Assembly (NCBI GenBank): GCA_049647265.1
Contig: JBARXJ010000015.1
Span: forward strand, 1-64,000
Reading direction: 5' to 3'
Source of the DNA: Microcoleaceae cyanobacterium
Lineage (GTDB): Bacteria; Cyanobacteriota; Cyanobacteriia; Cyanobacteriales; Microcoleaceae
Length of the DNA: 64,000 nucleotides
Shown here: in pieces, positions 40,801-51,030 of the stretch
Layout: each line of letters begins with the position of its first letter
Position numbering within the stretch: the first letter of the stretch is position 1
Program-made: the position numbers and the translations under genes
The notes under the pieces: generated by a model
What the model saw: the letters and a program-made list of their open reading frames with translations, nothing else
What the model was told of the DNA's origin: nothing
Database searches by the model: none

Positions 40801-41845
40801 ATTCAGAATCTAGATCAGCGTCTAAATTTTGTGACTCTAATTTAATCGCTAACTCGCTCTCAATCTCAGACTCTGCCCCGGATGTTTCAGACTCTAATAA
40901 CTCTAATAGTGAGAGTTCTTCAGAATCTAAATCCTGTGTCGTCGCTTCTGGGGATGTCGTTGGAATCGAAGGCAGGAGTTGTGTTAGATCTTCACCCACA
41001 ACAATTTCATGATCTCGATTTTCAAGGATCAGTTCTTGAGCCTGTTTAATGGCTTTAATAATAATCGGTGCTAGAACCTGATAGGTATTTCCCAGATTAG
41101 CGATTACTTGTTCAATCGTATTAATAAATATCACCCAGTTGGGCAGATCAAACGTTTCTCCGGCTCCACTAAGACTCTGACAAATATCTTGAAGTGTGGA
41201 GCGATTCTGCTGATCTTCGGGTTGCTTAAATTGTTGTAACATCTCCCGTAAATAATCGGGGACATCACTGCGGAAAAAGAGTTCTTGGGCGCTATTTTCT
41301 GAAGTGGGTTTCGGTACAGATAAGGTCGCCACCACAGCCACAGGAGCCGGAGATACACTGGCGGCGGGATGTCCTGTTGGGAAAGTTAATTCCGTTACCG
41401 TGACATCATTTTGCTGAGCCAGTTGACCAATATGGTATTTTAGAGCTTCAAAAACAGGTTCAACTTCTTGTAGTAAGGTTTGGGCTGCTTCATCGGTTAA
41501 GCCATAAGGCCCTGAAAGACTATCAATCAAGGCTTGCAACGTGTCAAAGATTTGTAGAAATAATGACTCTAACTGTTGGTCAACCCGAACCGCACATTTA
41601 TCTCGAATTTTCTCTAAAATTTTGAAACTGTCTTCTAGGCGGTGGGAGGTTTGCTGAATACTATTTAATCCCAACATTGCCGCGCCCCCTTTAACGGAGT
41701 GGGCAGCACGATACACTTCATACAGCAGTTCGGGATCTTCAATTGTCGATTGCAAATTCAGCAAACCTTGCTCAATTGTATTGAGGTGATCTTTAGCTTC
41801 CTCAATAAAATAACCCAGTATCCGTTGTTGTTGTTCTGCTTGCAT
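37835..41845 (-). CDS. pilL: CheA-like hybrid histidine kinase (Hpt - long acidic linker - dimerisation/HATPase - CheW-like - C-terminal REC); PilL/HmpE-like
   Basis: Hpt (HSVKGGAAMLG), HATPase (DDGAGID), CheW-like and REC (LIVDDS..D) domains. 1336 aa. Confidence 0.85.
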   Translation of the reverse strand: MQAEQQQRILGYFIEEAKDHLNTIEQGLLNLQSTIEDPELLYEVYRAAHSVKGGAAMLGLNSIQQTSHRLEDSFKILEKIRDKCAVRVDQQLESLFLQIFDTLQALIDSLSGPYGLTDEAAQTLLQEVEPVFEALKYHIGQLAQQNDVTVTELTFPTGHPAASVSPAPVAVVATLSVPKPTSENSAQELFFRSDVPDYLREMLQQFKQPEDQQNRSTLQDICQSLSGAGETFDLPNWVIFINTIEQVIANLGNTYQVLAPIIIKAIKQAQELILENRDHEIVVGEDLTQLLPSIPTTSPEATTQDLDSEELSLLELLESETSGAESEIESELAIKLESQNLDADLDSESSFIPDEVFEHTQSRGPQIPPEELKSLADLFDGESPIEESWQEETLIENLDQTQSLGAQNSDNSDRDFLDLFEQLEEVETTAKSRRSARGPQPQRSQPAQRKSASQPTSVNEETGLDEFDDLLNIGQSQSSLSTDLDVTTEVTNSTPATEEMSFEDLFTDFEQPTTYSDTEDTQDTEDTAEEVTQLNDTSDDLYHELFDNYQEEEMSQPDMSTAFEDLFTMEIEEEDTPDETSLNGTSESTEADFTDLDALLNQDESLSEQPNQALSNGNDEDLDLFANLDQLLNETDSENQSTSAGETSEEDEFKELEKLLEDSPGGNRSAAMLRPTPKRSAPIYEPIAKVPVKQLDNLSNLMGELVVNRNSLEQDQERMRQFLDNLLDQVSLLSDVGQRMQDFYERSLLEISLLSNRKPSPWPAQPALTDSQNRHDELEFESTELDRFTPFHTLSQEIIELVVRVRESAADIEFLVEEADQVSRQLRQVTTQLREGLTKARMEPFSQEADRLKRPVRDISIKCGKQAELYVEGRDTLIDKMLLGKLHDPLIHLVNNAITHGIETTEVRQAAGKPPTGRIMMKVFHQGNQTVIAVSDDGAGIDTEKVKAKALRKNLITPEQANLMSSIDIYDLLFHPGFSMKDQADEYAGRGVGMDVVRTSLMEVRGTITTDSTLGKGTTFTIRLPLNMSISRALCCISDRARIAFPMDGVEDMIDVPKDQIQIIDGDQQTLEWRGSKLPFRHLRDLLTYNRHLGRGNVYGTNTDEDMISVIVLRSSGNYLAVQVDQVLVEQEIVIKQLEGPVPKPVGIAGATVLGDGQIVGIADVLELIDLAMGRIRRDFRSKIWDAGDSLPEPPIEQKTEPTVLIVDDSITVRSLLSITFEKSGYRVEEARDGKEAWEKLKSGLPCDLVFCDIEMPRMDGLELLSRMQKDAQVAELPIAMLTSRGADRHRQMAYQLGARGYFTKPYLEEQLLEAAQRMLKGEVVGLPAGGVEATI

Positions 41846-41963
41846 AATTCGTTATTGGTTATGAGTTATGAGTCATTAGTCATTAGTTATTGGTGATTAG
41901 TTTTGGATTTAAAACTACTAACATACAACAAATGACGAATAACGGAAAACGAATGACAAATCC

Positions 41964-44900
41964 TCACTGTCGTTCTGAGGGATCGACACGGAACCGTTCT
42001 ACAGAGGTGAGTAGGTCGCGAGCCACCCCCACTAGATTACTTAAGGCACTCGACACCCGATGGGCTTCTTGAGAGGTTTCTTGAGCGCTATGTTCGACGG
42101 CTTGCATTACCTGAGCCACAGCCCGAGCGGTTTCATTTTGTTCGACTGTATCAGCGGTAATCGAGCGCACTAATACATCAATTCTATTCGTTACTTGAAT
42201 GATATCATCTAGCGATCGCTTGGCATCTTCAGCCAGGCGGGTTCCTTCAATCACCTGTTGGTTTCCTTCTTCCATTGCCATCATTACAGAACTGGTTTGG
42301 CTCTGAATTTGCATCACAATTTGTTCAATTTCTTTTAAGGATTTCGCAGAACGATCTGCTAACTGTCGAACTTCATCGGCTACAATGGCAAAACCCCGTC
42401 CAGCCTCCCCAGCCCGTGCCGCTTCAATACTGGCGTTTAACGCGAGTAAGTTGGTTCTTGAGGCAATCTGAGAAATAATCGCCACAATTTTAGAAATTTC
42501 TTGAGAAGATTCCGCCAAACGCTTGACATCTCGGGTCGTTTCTGCAACAGTTTCGCGAATTTTCAAAATCCCTGCCACGGTCATTTCTACAGACTCTCCC
42601 CCCTTAGTCGCCACAGCCGCAGCAGAGCGGGCCACTTCTTCGGCTTCTCGGGCACAGTCTGCAACCCGTTGAATCGCATCTGTTAGGACTTGTACTGAAT
42701 TAAGAGTGGCAGCCAGTTCTTCTGCTTGTCGGAGGGCATCCCCTGCCACATCTTTAGCAAACATGGAGCTATCGGTTGCCCCTTTACTCACCTGACGAGC
42801 GGCGTGTTTGACCTGTACCACAATTTCTCGTAGGTTTTGAATGGTGAGGTTAAACGAGTCTGCGACCGCTCCCAATACGTCAGCGGTGACTTCTGCCGTG
42901 ACCGTTAAATCTCCTCGGGCTGCACCTTCTACATCATCGAGGAGGCGAATCACTTGACGTTGTAGATTTTCTTTGGCTTCTTCCTGCTCTTCTGCTTTGC
43001 GTTGAGCTTCTATGGTAGTCGTTTCAATAAACTGAGCCATTTGATTAAACCGGGTAGACATTTGACCCAGTTCATCGGCCGCATAAACTGTTGAGCGAGC
43101 TTTCAAGTTATTCTTTGTAATGGCATCAAACTGAAACTGCAAGTCATCAGAGGCTTTCACCATCTGTTTTGAAGTCAAACGCCCCATAAATAGAGCGGCA
43201 CTAAAACTACTGAGACCCGCAACGGCAGTCATAATCCAGCCTGTGGTTCGCAGGTAGCTGACCACATCATTGCGTCGATCATAAACCGCAGTTTGAGTGG
43301 CAATATTGGTAGCCAGTGCCACACTAATTAAGCTAGCAATCCCCGCTCCAATGGCGGTATAGAAGAACTTGGTTCTGATGGGAGCATTTTCTAGAAAAGC
43401 CAGGGGCCCTTGTTCGACAGAAATCGTTGTTTCTACCGCATCTTCAGTTTGGGGTGTAAAGGTGGTAACGGCCTCTTTATCGAGAGAGAGCGACCCGAAC
43501 AACTCACCACTGCCAATCGATGAGCTATCGTTCTCAATGGCGCTGCTGGTGGTCGTTGCCACAAAGTTACTATCAACTTCTTCATCAAATTCTGTACTTT
43601 CCCCCAGAAAAGCAGAAGTATCATTAGCAGACACTTCAAAATCTGGGATATCTCCTAAGTCATCAAACTCTTCAAACCCGTCTAAAAAGTCATCCGCGTC
43701 TGTCGGGGGTGGAGCCATAGAGTCTTCTTCTTCATCGTAAGCACTTGAGTCATCGTACCCATTAGAAAAGTCCACAACAGACATAGAATTATCATTTTCG
43801 GAAGTTTCTGAGTCTAAAGGATCGACCTCAAAGCCTTCTGAAAATTCATCCATTGGAAAGGCAAATGTCTCATCGGAGGAATAATCTGACATCTCATCTG
43901 AGTCCGAATCGGCTTCGGACATTGCCGCTGAACTGCCTGTGATTAAAGTTTCTGCTTCAACGGAGGAAAAATCAGCATCGGCTCCCTCTGTGTCATAATC
44001 TGTGACCCTGCCATTGCCATTCATATAGCCAAGATCTTCTGTGGATTGAAAATCAAATTCTTCTGAGTCCGACTCATCAACGGTCGCGAAAATATCGTCA
44101 AAATCGTCGTTAAATTCTTCTACGGCGAGTTCTCCGGTGGTGGGTTCGTCTATATCGGTTTGCAGAGGTTCACCCCCGTGAGCAGCCATCGGTAGAGGCT
44201 GCATCGATGAGTCGGACTGATGAGCCTCAGCCGTTTCTGTGGGCATCTCAAACAAATCATCCAAATCTTCAAAATCTGCGGTTGAAGCTATCTGTTGAGT
44301 CTCAAAAGCCTCCATCTCATCTGTTTCTAAAGCTTCGTTAAACAGATCGCCTGAGAGTAAATCACTTTCATCAAGATCGTCATTCACAATGGCTTCATCC
44401 CCCAAGGCAAATGGATCTTCATCAAAATCCATCGGCTCAGATTCGTTTTCTAATTCGGATTGATTCTCTTTTGTGGCTGAGAGTTGAGAGTCAAAGGGAT
44501 TATCTAATTGGGAGTCTAACCCCTGAGACTCCATGGCATATTGCTCAAGATCAGTTTCTGATTCTGCTATTTCGAGTCCGAAGTCCGACTCAACTATTTC
44601 AGGGTTAATCTCGGGTTGAGTTAAACCCGAAGTCGTTGAGCTAAAGTTGTCCTCAAAATCCGACGCTTCAAAATTAGGCTGAGATAAATCAACCGTTTCT
44701 AAATCTAGATCCTGCTCTAGTTCTTCTAGGGTAATATCAGATTGAGATAATTCTAATGCATCAAAATCCTTCAAATCTGTGTCAACACTGACTAATTCTG
44801 AATCAAACTCAGAGTCTGCCTCTGTAAATGTACCCGCCTCAGGCTGAGTGAAATCGTCATCAAAAGTTTCTGAGTCGAGCATGGGAAACGATTCAACTGA

Positions 44901-45299
44901 TTCTAAATCCGAATCTTCCAGTCCTGAATTGTTTTGATCTGCGTTCGTCTCAACTGCCGTTTCAGCAGCATCCATCAAGTCACTGGTGGTACTATCATTC
45001 AGCAGTGCAGAGCTATCGGTGGAGACAAAATGACTTGTCTCTGTAATGGCAGCTTCAGCTTGTTCGAGTAACTCAGCGTTATCTGTCAGACTCAGTACCG
45101 CACTGTACTGTTCTTGAGCCACGTCATATTGTTGTAAGCCATACCCATAGATATGACCACAGAGTAGACGGGCAGATGGATCTTCAGGATAATGTTCAAT
45201 TAACGTGTAAATTAAACCCGCCGCCTCTTCAAAGTTTCCTTGAGTATAGGCGGTCTCTGCCTGTTGATATTCTTGCAGAAAGTCTGCACTCGCTGGCAT
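41964..45299 (-). CDS. pilJ: Methyl-accepting chemotaxis protein with N-terminal TPR and a long acidic low-complexity region; PilJ/HmpD-like
   Basis: TM + HAMP + MCP signalling domain ([33 protein letters not shown]). 1111 aa. No GAF/PAS domains. Confidence 0.85.
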   Translation of the reverse strand: MPASADFLQEYQQAETAYTQGNFEEAAGLIYTLIEHYPEDPSARLLCGHIYGYGLQQYDVAQEQYSAVLSLTDNAELLEQAEAAITETSHFVSTDSSALLNDSTTSDLMDAAETAVETNADQNNSGLEDSDLESVESFPMLDSETFDDDFTQPEAGTFTEADSEFDSELVSVDTDLKDFDALELSQSDITLEELEQDLDLETVDLSQPNFEASDFEDNFSSTTSGLTQPEINPEIVESDFGLEIAESETDLEQYAMESQGLDSQLDNPFDSQLSATKENQSELENESEPMDFDEDPFALGDEAIVNDDLDESDLLSGDLFNEALETDEMEAFETQQIASTADFEDLDDLFEMPTETAEAHQSDSSMQPLPMAAHGGEPLQTDIDEPTTGELAVEEFNDDFDDIFATVDESDSEEFDFQSTEDLGYMNGNGRVTDYDTEGADADFSSVEAETLITGSSAAMSEADSDSDEMSDYSSDETFAFPMDEFSEGFEVDPLDSETSENDNSMSVVDFSNGYDDSSAYDEEEDSMAPPPTDADDFLDGFEEFDDLGDIPDFEVSANDTSAFLGESTEFDEEVDSNFVATTTSSAIENDSSSIGSGELFGSLSLDKEAVTTFTPQTEDAVETTISVEQGPLAFLENAPIRTKFFYTAIGAGIASLISVALATNIATQTAVYDRRNDVVSYLRTTGWIMTAVAGLSSFSAALFMGRLTSKQMVKASDDLQFQFDAITKNNLKARSTVYAADELGQMSTRFNQMAQFIETTTIEAQRKAEEQEEAKENLQRQVIRLLDDVEGAARGDLTVTAEVTADVLGAVADSFNLTIQNLREIVVQVKHAARQVSKGATDSSMFAKDVAGDALRQAEELAATLNSVQVLTDAIQRVADCAREAEEVARSAAAVATKGGESVEMTVAGILKIRETVAETTRDVKRLAESSQEISKIVAIISQIASRTNLLALNASIEAARAGEAGRGFAIVADEVRQLADRSAKSLKEIEQIVMQIQSQTSSVMMAMEEGNQQVIEGTRLAEDAKRSLDDIIQVTNRIDVLVRSITADTVEQNETARAVAQVMQAVEHSAQETSQEAHRVSSALSNLVGVARDLLTSVERFRVDPSERQ

Positions 45300-45542
45300 T
45301 GCTTATTTCCCCCTCTTCAATATTTCAGGTTGTTAAAGTGTAAGACTTAAAAATTAAAACTAATGTTGATGTTTAGTTTAGATATTACCAATGATATTTC
45401 CGGGCTGGAATGCTTCGGAGCTCATCGACGACGGATGTCGATTTGACTGCAATCTCAGGTGGTGCACAATTTTAGAAGGTCGGGAGGATGCTGCTCGAGA
45501 AACGATATTGATATTACAATTTGATATTGATCAAGTGTCCCG

Positions 45543-46082
45543 TTAAGCGGCCCACCGAGCTGAACGTAGAATGGCGATCTGATCCAGTAGCCGTAGGCAT
45601 TGATCGCTTTCTTCGCCAATTTGCCATTCTCCCTTAATAAAAGGAGCCATGCTATCTGGAACTTGAGTAGACATATGCATTTTCTCTAGATCTAGCCAAG
45701 CCATATCATTAATTGCCTTAACCGCTAATCCTAGGATTGTATCCTGATCCTCAACCGCAATCACGGGAATTTCAGTTCGATCTGTATCTAAAGGCGTTAA
45801 GTCCCCTAAAAACTGACCCAAATCAGCCACCCAAATGACTCTTCCTCTGAGATTAAGAGTGCCGAGCAGTAATGGAGAGACATTGGGAATGGGTGTGATT
45901 CGATCAGGTGATTGAGACAGAACTTCTTTAATGCCCATTGCGGGTAGAGCAAATTCATAGCCTGATGAGACATAGAACCGCAGGTGGGGTTCTCCCTCAG
46001 GAGTTTCAAGTTCCTGAAACTCTGGGCTATCAGGGCCTTGTCCGGTTAAAAAATCTGGATTTCCGACCATCATCAACCTCAC
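45543..46082 (-). CDS. pilI: CheW-like coupling protein (PilI/HmpC-like)
   Basis: 179-aa CheW fold. Confidence 0.78.
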   Translation of the reverse strand: MRLMMVGNPDFLTGQGPDSPEFQELETPEGEPHLRFYVSSGYEFALPAMGIKEVLSQSPDRITPIPNVSPLLLGTLNLRGRVIWVADLGQFLGDLTPLDTDRTEIPVIAVEDQDTILGLAVKAINDMAWLDLEKMHMSTQVPDSMAPFIKGEWQIGEESDQCLRLLDQIAILRSARWAA

Positions 46083-46084
46083 CC

Positions 46085-46456
46085 TTATCCTCTAAGTAAC
46101 TGCTTCACCGTCCCCACCAATTCTGTCGGTTGAAAGGGTTTAGCAATGTAGGCATCTGCCCCCTGTTTCATGCCCCAATACCGATCAAACTCTTCGCCTT
46201 TAGAAGAGCACATGACAATGGAAATTTTCTTGGTTTTGGGATCAGATTTAAGCCGTCGGCACAGCTCATAACCATTCATCCGAGGCATCACAATATCCAG
46301 TACAACCAACTGAGGCCATTGCGATTGTGTCTGTATCTTTTCTATTGCCTCTACTCCATCGCAGGCTACCAGAACCTGCAAACCACTGTCTTTCAGGAGA
46401 TTAGAAATCATCTCCCGCTGGGTTACACTATCTTCTACTACCATAACTGTACTCAT
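46085..46456 (-). CDS. pilH: CheY-like single-domain response regulator (PilH/HmpB-like)
   Basis: REC domain with MVVEDS...D and KP motifs. 123 aa. It lies 2 nt from the cheW-like gene. Confidence 0.85.
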   Translation of the reverse strand: MSTVMVVEDSVTQREMISNLLKDSGLQVLVACDGVEAIEKIQTQSQWPQLVVLDIVMPRMNGYELCRRLKSDPKTKKISIVMCSSKGEEFDRYWGMKQGADAYIAKPFQPTELVGTVKQLLRG

Positions 46457-46700
46457 ATGCTCTGGCTAACTGACTGAATGACTGACTGCAAGCTAAACTT
46501 ACCGGATTTTAACTTTCAAAAGAAAATGTTCAACCCTATTTACCCCGCTCAATAGTAACGAATACCAGCGCACTGGGGTGGTCGGTCACAGACAGGATGA
46601 TAACGACAATGGAAATAACTCTAATATATTAATGTTTCATTCAAGTATACCCAAATTATCTCCAGATTGATTAAGCGCTCATCAGAGTCTGACGATCGCG

Positions 46701-47930
46701 CTATTGATTGATAGAGTGATCGAGTTCATCGGCGAGGAGTCGTTCTGAGGGAGGGTGGTGCGGATTGCCTAGCCCCACATAGGATTCAACTAAGGTCAGC
46801 AGTTCATTTTCCCCAAACGGTTTGGTTAGATAGTTCGTTGCTTGTACCATGCGAGCTTTGAGCCGATCGATAAAACCGTCAATTCCGGTTAACATCACAA
46901 TGGGAGTTTGACAAAAGATGGTTGAACTTCGTAGCATGGCACAAATTTCATAACCATTCAGTTCAGGCATAGCGATGTCACACAAAATTAAATCCGGTTT
47001 GAGTTGGAAGACTAAACCCAAAGCTTTTAGGGGGTTACTGATACCGGTGGCTTCGTAGCCGTTTTGATTGAGGATCAATTCAACCGTTTCTCGAATCACA
47101 ATATCATCATCAATACAGACAATTCGAGGGACACGAGTCCGAACAGAGAGGACTTCAGATCCATCAGCACTGGTTGGGGTATCTCGGTTCAGTAATTGCA
47201 CCAGTCCCTGTTGGACAAAGGGATACATTGCTTTTGTAACCGTGACAATATCTCGATTGAGATAGCGGGCAATCTGACGCAGCGATGTCGTGCCATCAGC
47301 CCAACGATTTAGGGTTTCAAAGGCATGAGCCCCCACCGTTTGCCGTAACTTTTCGGGATTGGGAATCAGGGGACATTGGTTAGGAGATTGAACGTGAGGA
47401 TTAAAGGTTTTCCAAGTTTGTACTTGCTTAACAATCTTTTTCAGCAGTCCGTCAATTTCAAGAGTTGTCAGTTGAGGGGCTAAAGGTGCGCCCATCTCAA
47501 AAATAAATGAACCACTGTGTAAACTCAGCAGATCAAACAAAGTCTCCCGTACCATGCCATGAATAATGGTTCGCCCTTGAGCGGGTGTAATCACTTTTTG
47601 CTCGAGCAGAAACCACAAATAGCCATATTCTGGAGCATTGACTGTGGCAATAGCAGCGGCTTCTAGTTGATCTAGAGCGGTATCAACTTCGTAGCGGTGT
47701 AAATAATCCCGCAGTCGCGACAAATTATTTTCACTTTCGCCTGCATAAATAATTCGACCGTTGAAACAAAAAACTAACCAGCATTTCCCAGCAAAACGGT
47801 CCGAAGATCCACCTCTGTGATTATTGGTCACTGGGCTATAAGCCTCCACCATCAATTCTCCGGTTCGCTGACCGAGTTCGAGCAATTGTAAAATGCTACG
47901 GATATCAATTTCACTCAAAGAGCCTTGCAT
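46701..47930 (-). CDS. pilG: PatA-type response regulator (N-terminal PATAN/DUF4388 domain + C-terminal REC); PilG/HmpA-like
   Basis: A C-terminal REC domain (IVCIDDD...D...KP) is preceded by an approximately 270-aa PATAN-like domain. Confidence 0.72.
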   Translation of the reverse strand: MQGSLSEIDIRSILQLLELGQRTGELMVEAYSPVTNNHRGGSSDRFAGKCWLVFCFNGRIIYAGESENNLSRLRDYLHRYEVDTALDQLEAAAIATVNAPEYGYLWFLLEQKVITPAQGRTIIHGMVRETLFDLLSLHSGSFIFEMGAPLAPQLTTLEIDGLLKKIVKQVQTWKTFNPHVQSPNQCPLIPNPEKLRQTVGAHAFETLNRWADGTTSLRQIARYLNRDIVTVTKAMYPFVQQGLVQLLNRDTPTSADGSEVLSVRTRVPRIVCIDDDIVIRETVELILNQNGYEATGISNPLKALGLVFQLKPDLILCDIAMPELNGYEICAMLRSSTIFCQTPIVMLTGIDGFIDRLKARMVQATNYLTKPFGENELLTLVESYVGLGNPHHPPSERLLADELDHSINQ

Positions 47931-48288
47931 GTAGCAAGTGACCTCCTGATCACAGTATAAGTGCTATTCATATACATCCTCTCACACCAACTTCTATCTA
48001 AAGGGGGCGGATTTTACCCGTTTGGCACGTTGCCCAGAGTCATTGATCAAACTTCTTAACCCGATTCGAGGCTTACAATATTGAGGAATTTAACCATGAG
48101 TCCATTGTTCATCATGTGATGAAAATTTAATATGACTCGAGTAGAGTCTTGTTCAACTTTGTACACCTGATCGGCTTGCTGGGGTAAAATGTTTGTCAAC
48201 AGATCAATGCCAAGGTCGAACACGGATGTAAGACTATTATGATGGAATTAAGGCAGATCCGATCAAATACCTGACGAGGATAATCACC

Positions 48289-50031
48289 GTGCTGTATTTA
48301 GCAGAAGTACAAAAGCAGAGAAGTGGTTTTGGCTTGGGCGGGGCTAAAGCTGAACTCAAATTATTGGCCTGTCAGCGAGGTGAAAATCAATGGAGCGCTG
48401 TATCAGGTGATGAGTTGGTCGTGGCTGATGATGCTAACTCTTTTAAAGATGGAGCATTAGTCCTAGTTGATCTGAGTGCGAGTAAACAAGTACAGCGTAT
48501 TCAAGAAGCGGCTCGTCAGCTCGTCTTAATTCTCCAAGATTTCTCTCGACAAAGTGATAAAACCAAACGACAAGAAGAAGAAATTGAACAGTGGAAGGAG
48601 TCTTTAACTTATCAAAGTCAAGAACTGAACCGTCGCGAGATGGAACTCGAAGCTCGCCAAGAACAACTGGTTCAACTCGAAGCTGAATTAGAGCAACTCG
48701 ATCAGCAGCGGCAAGAGGTGGAAACGGCTCAAGCAGAAGGAAATCGGCTTCAGCAAGAGCTCGAACAAGCCCGTCAAGAGATTGAGACAGCCAAAGCTGA
48801 GCTACAACAACAAATGCAAGCGCTTCAAGCGCAGCAGGCCGATTTACAAGCCAATCAAGGACTCTCAGAAGAACAAATTCAAGTCCTTCAGGAATTGTTA
48901 CAGCGATCTGATCCCCAAATCGCAACCGAGCCGATTGAGCATCAACTGCAACAGATACTGCAACAGATTTCTGATAGCCAAGAACTGATCGATCAACATT
49001 GGCAACAGCTTATACAGCAGCAACAAACCCTTAATCAAGTTCAAAATGAAATTGAGGAGCGTTCTCAACAGATTCAATCCCAGTGGCGGGAATGGGATCA
49101 AACTCAAAAAGAACTGATTCAAACCGCAACTAAATTACAAGCTGAACAAACGGGCCTGCAAGCCAAGCAAGATGTGGCAAATGTTTGGCAAACTCAATTG
49201 CAAAGCCGTCAACAGCTTATACAACAGCTTGAACAACTTGCGGCGAAATCGGATGATTCGAGTGGGGTCAGTGTAATGGTTAATATTGCCGCCCTCGAAG
49301 CAATGCCGGTTAATCAGTTGCAAACTGAGGTAGAAAAGTTACAGCAAGAATGGGATCGACTGTTTCGGATGGTTAAAGAACAGGAAGAAGAACTGAAGTC
49401 AAAACAAGAAGAAATTGACGAGATTCAACAGAAAATTCCTTCTGTAGCAGACCATGAACGCTCTAATTTACAGTCTGAACTCACTGATGAGCAAGATGCT
49501 TATCAAATGTTGAATGAAACTTTAGTCGGTCAACGACGCACCCTGAGGGAACGGGAAGAAAGAATGCAGCAACATCAGGCGGTTCTGTTTCGGCGGCAGG
49601 GGACTCCGGCAGATGCGACTCAGAATGGTTTGGTGAGCTTTAAGTCTGTTATTGCTCAACTCAATACCCAACAATCTCAGCAATCTCAACAATATGACAC
49701 CCTAACAGCAGAGATTGGGCAATTACAAACCGCCATGACTCAAACCCAAGAAGAACTTGAACGTCAAACTCATCAACAACAAGAAAAGCGCCAGCGGATT
49801 CGCTCAGATGAATACAGTTTACGGGAGCATTATCAGTCTTTGGCACGACTTCAAGGTCAGGTGAGTCTTCATCAAGAGCTACTACAACCGCTCAAAGATC
49901 AACTCAAAGACCTCAACAAACAGCTTGAACAAACTGAAAATGATTACAATCAACTCACGGAGGCGGCAGGACAACAAGCTCAAACGATGGCAGAACTAAA
50001 AACCACTCTCGATCGCTTAGTTTCAAGTTAA
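48289..50031 (+). CDS. hmpF: HmpF-like coiled-coil protein (Gln/Glu-rich, about 580 aa), divergently transcribed from the pilG-like operon
   Basis: Almost entirely coiled-coil sequence with a short globular N-terminus. The synteny matches the Nostoc hmpF/hmp arrangement. Confidence 0.5.
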   Translation: MLYLAEVQKQRSGFGLGGAKAELKLLACQRGENQWSAVSGDELVVADDANSFKDGALVLVDLSASKQVQRIQEAARQLVLILQDFSRQSDKTKRQEEEIEQWKESLTYQSQELNRREMELEARQEQLVQLEAELEQLDQQRQEVETAQAEGNRLQQELEQARQEIETAKAELQQQMQALQAQQADLQANQGLSEEQIQVLQELLQRSDPQIATEPIEHQLQQILQQISDSQELIDQHWQQLIQQQQTLNQVQNEIEERSQQIQSQWREWDQTQKELIQTATKLQAEQTGLQAKQDVANVWQTQLQSRQQLIQQLEQLAAKSDDSSGVSVMVNIAALEAMPVNQLQTEVEKLQQEWDRLFRMVKEQEEELKSKQEEIDEIQQKIPSVADHERSNLQSELTDEQDAYQMLNETLVGQRRTLREREERMQQHQAVLFRRQGTPADATQNGLVSFKSVIAQLNTQQSQQSQQYDTLTAEIGQLQTAMTQTQEELERQTHQQQEKRQRIRSDEYSLREHYQSLARLQGQVSLHQELLQPLKDQLKDLNKQLEQTENDYNQLTEAAGQQAQTMAELKTTLDRLVSS

Positions 50032-50772
50032 CTCTGCTACTTCTGGTATTTCTAAGGTCACTTCTGCTTGGGGGTCTGCGGGTAAACAAATTAGGTTGTC
50101 ACCTTGAGTATAAATTAACCCTTGTTGTCTGAGTTTTCCCATCAACCGAGTTACTGTGACTCGGGTTGAACCGATGGCACTCCCAATCTGAGAGTGAGTT
50201 AATGGCCAGGGTAAACAGTAGCCCCGAAACTCTTCTGTTCCCATTGGCCCGACATAATATTCTCCGTATTCTTCGATCAGTAAGGTAATAAACCCAAATA
50301 AGCGATCTATTGTCCGGCGTTGCCCTAATGTACTCAGCCACAATAACTTCCGTTGATGCTGATAGCGAAACGCATCTAAGACTTCTCGGCGGAAATGGGG
50401 CCAATTGTCTAAATCTTCCCAGTACATCCATAGGACACTAGTATCATCTGCATGGGCATAAGCCTGAAGAGAAAACGGAGACTGAGCCACTAATTCAAAC
50501 GGTTGACCCGCGCCCACAAACCCTAAAAAGGCTTCGTCTAAATTTCTAGATGCTGCTTTAGGATCAACTTGAGAGGTGACGGCGCTCAGTTGAGCACTAC
50601 CCACCAGCCTCACAGCCCCCCGCTGTACTAAATAGAGCAAACCCGGTCGGGCAGGAATCCGTTCGTCTTTATTAAAACTACGACAGCGGTAATGTTCCTG
50701 CGCCCAGTCAATAATCCGTTGCCAGGTCAGAAAAGGTCGATTACGATCTGGAGAAATTGAAGGTAATTCCAT
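50023..50772 (-). CDS. Crp/Fnr-family-like transcription regulator (divergent effector domain + C-terminal HTH)
   Basis: C-terminal HTH LTHSQIGSAIGSTRVTVTRLMGKLRQQGLI. It overlaps the hmpF-like 3' end by 9 nt on the opposite strand. Confidence 0.5.
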   Translation of the reverse strand: MELPSISPDRNRPFLTWQRIIDWAQEHYRCRSFNKDERIPARPGLLYLVQRGAVRLVGSAQLSAVTSQVDPKAASRNLDEAFLGFVGAGQPFELVAQSPFSLQAYAHADDTSVLWMYWEDLDNWPHFRREVLDAFRYQHQRKLLWLSTLGQRRTIDRLFGFITLLIEEYGEYYVGPMGTEEFRGYCLPWPLTHSQIGSAIGSTRVTVTRLMGKLRQQGLIYTQGDNLICLPADPQAEVTLEIPEVAELT

Positions 50773-51030
50773 AGAAAAATATTGAGAAACTAAATTTATA
50801 TCCGGATGACCACTGACTGAATCAAGTCAAGTTGATTTGGGAGTTACACTGACCCATTGATTCACTCATCAGTATAAGCTACATTTTATACTTGGCTGTT
50901 GTCAGGGTGACCTACTGCTCTAATGTAACAAAAAACACATCTGTTTGACGACCCTAGGAGCCAGGTAATTCATGATTGATTGTGTAAAAAAGACTGATTT
51001 TTTGCTGAACTCGATCCGGAGTTAGTCACT

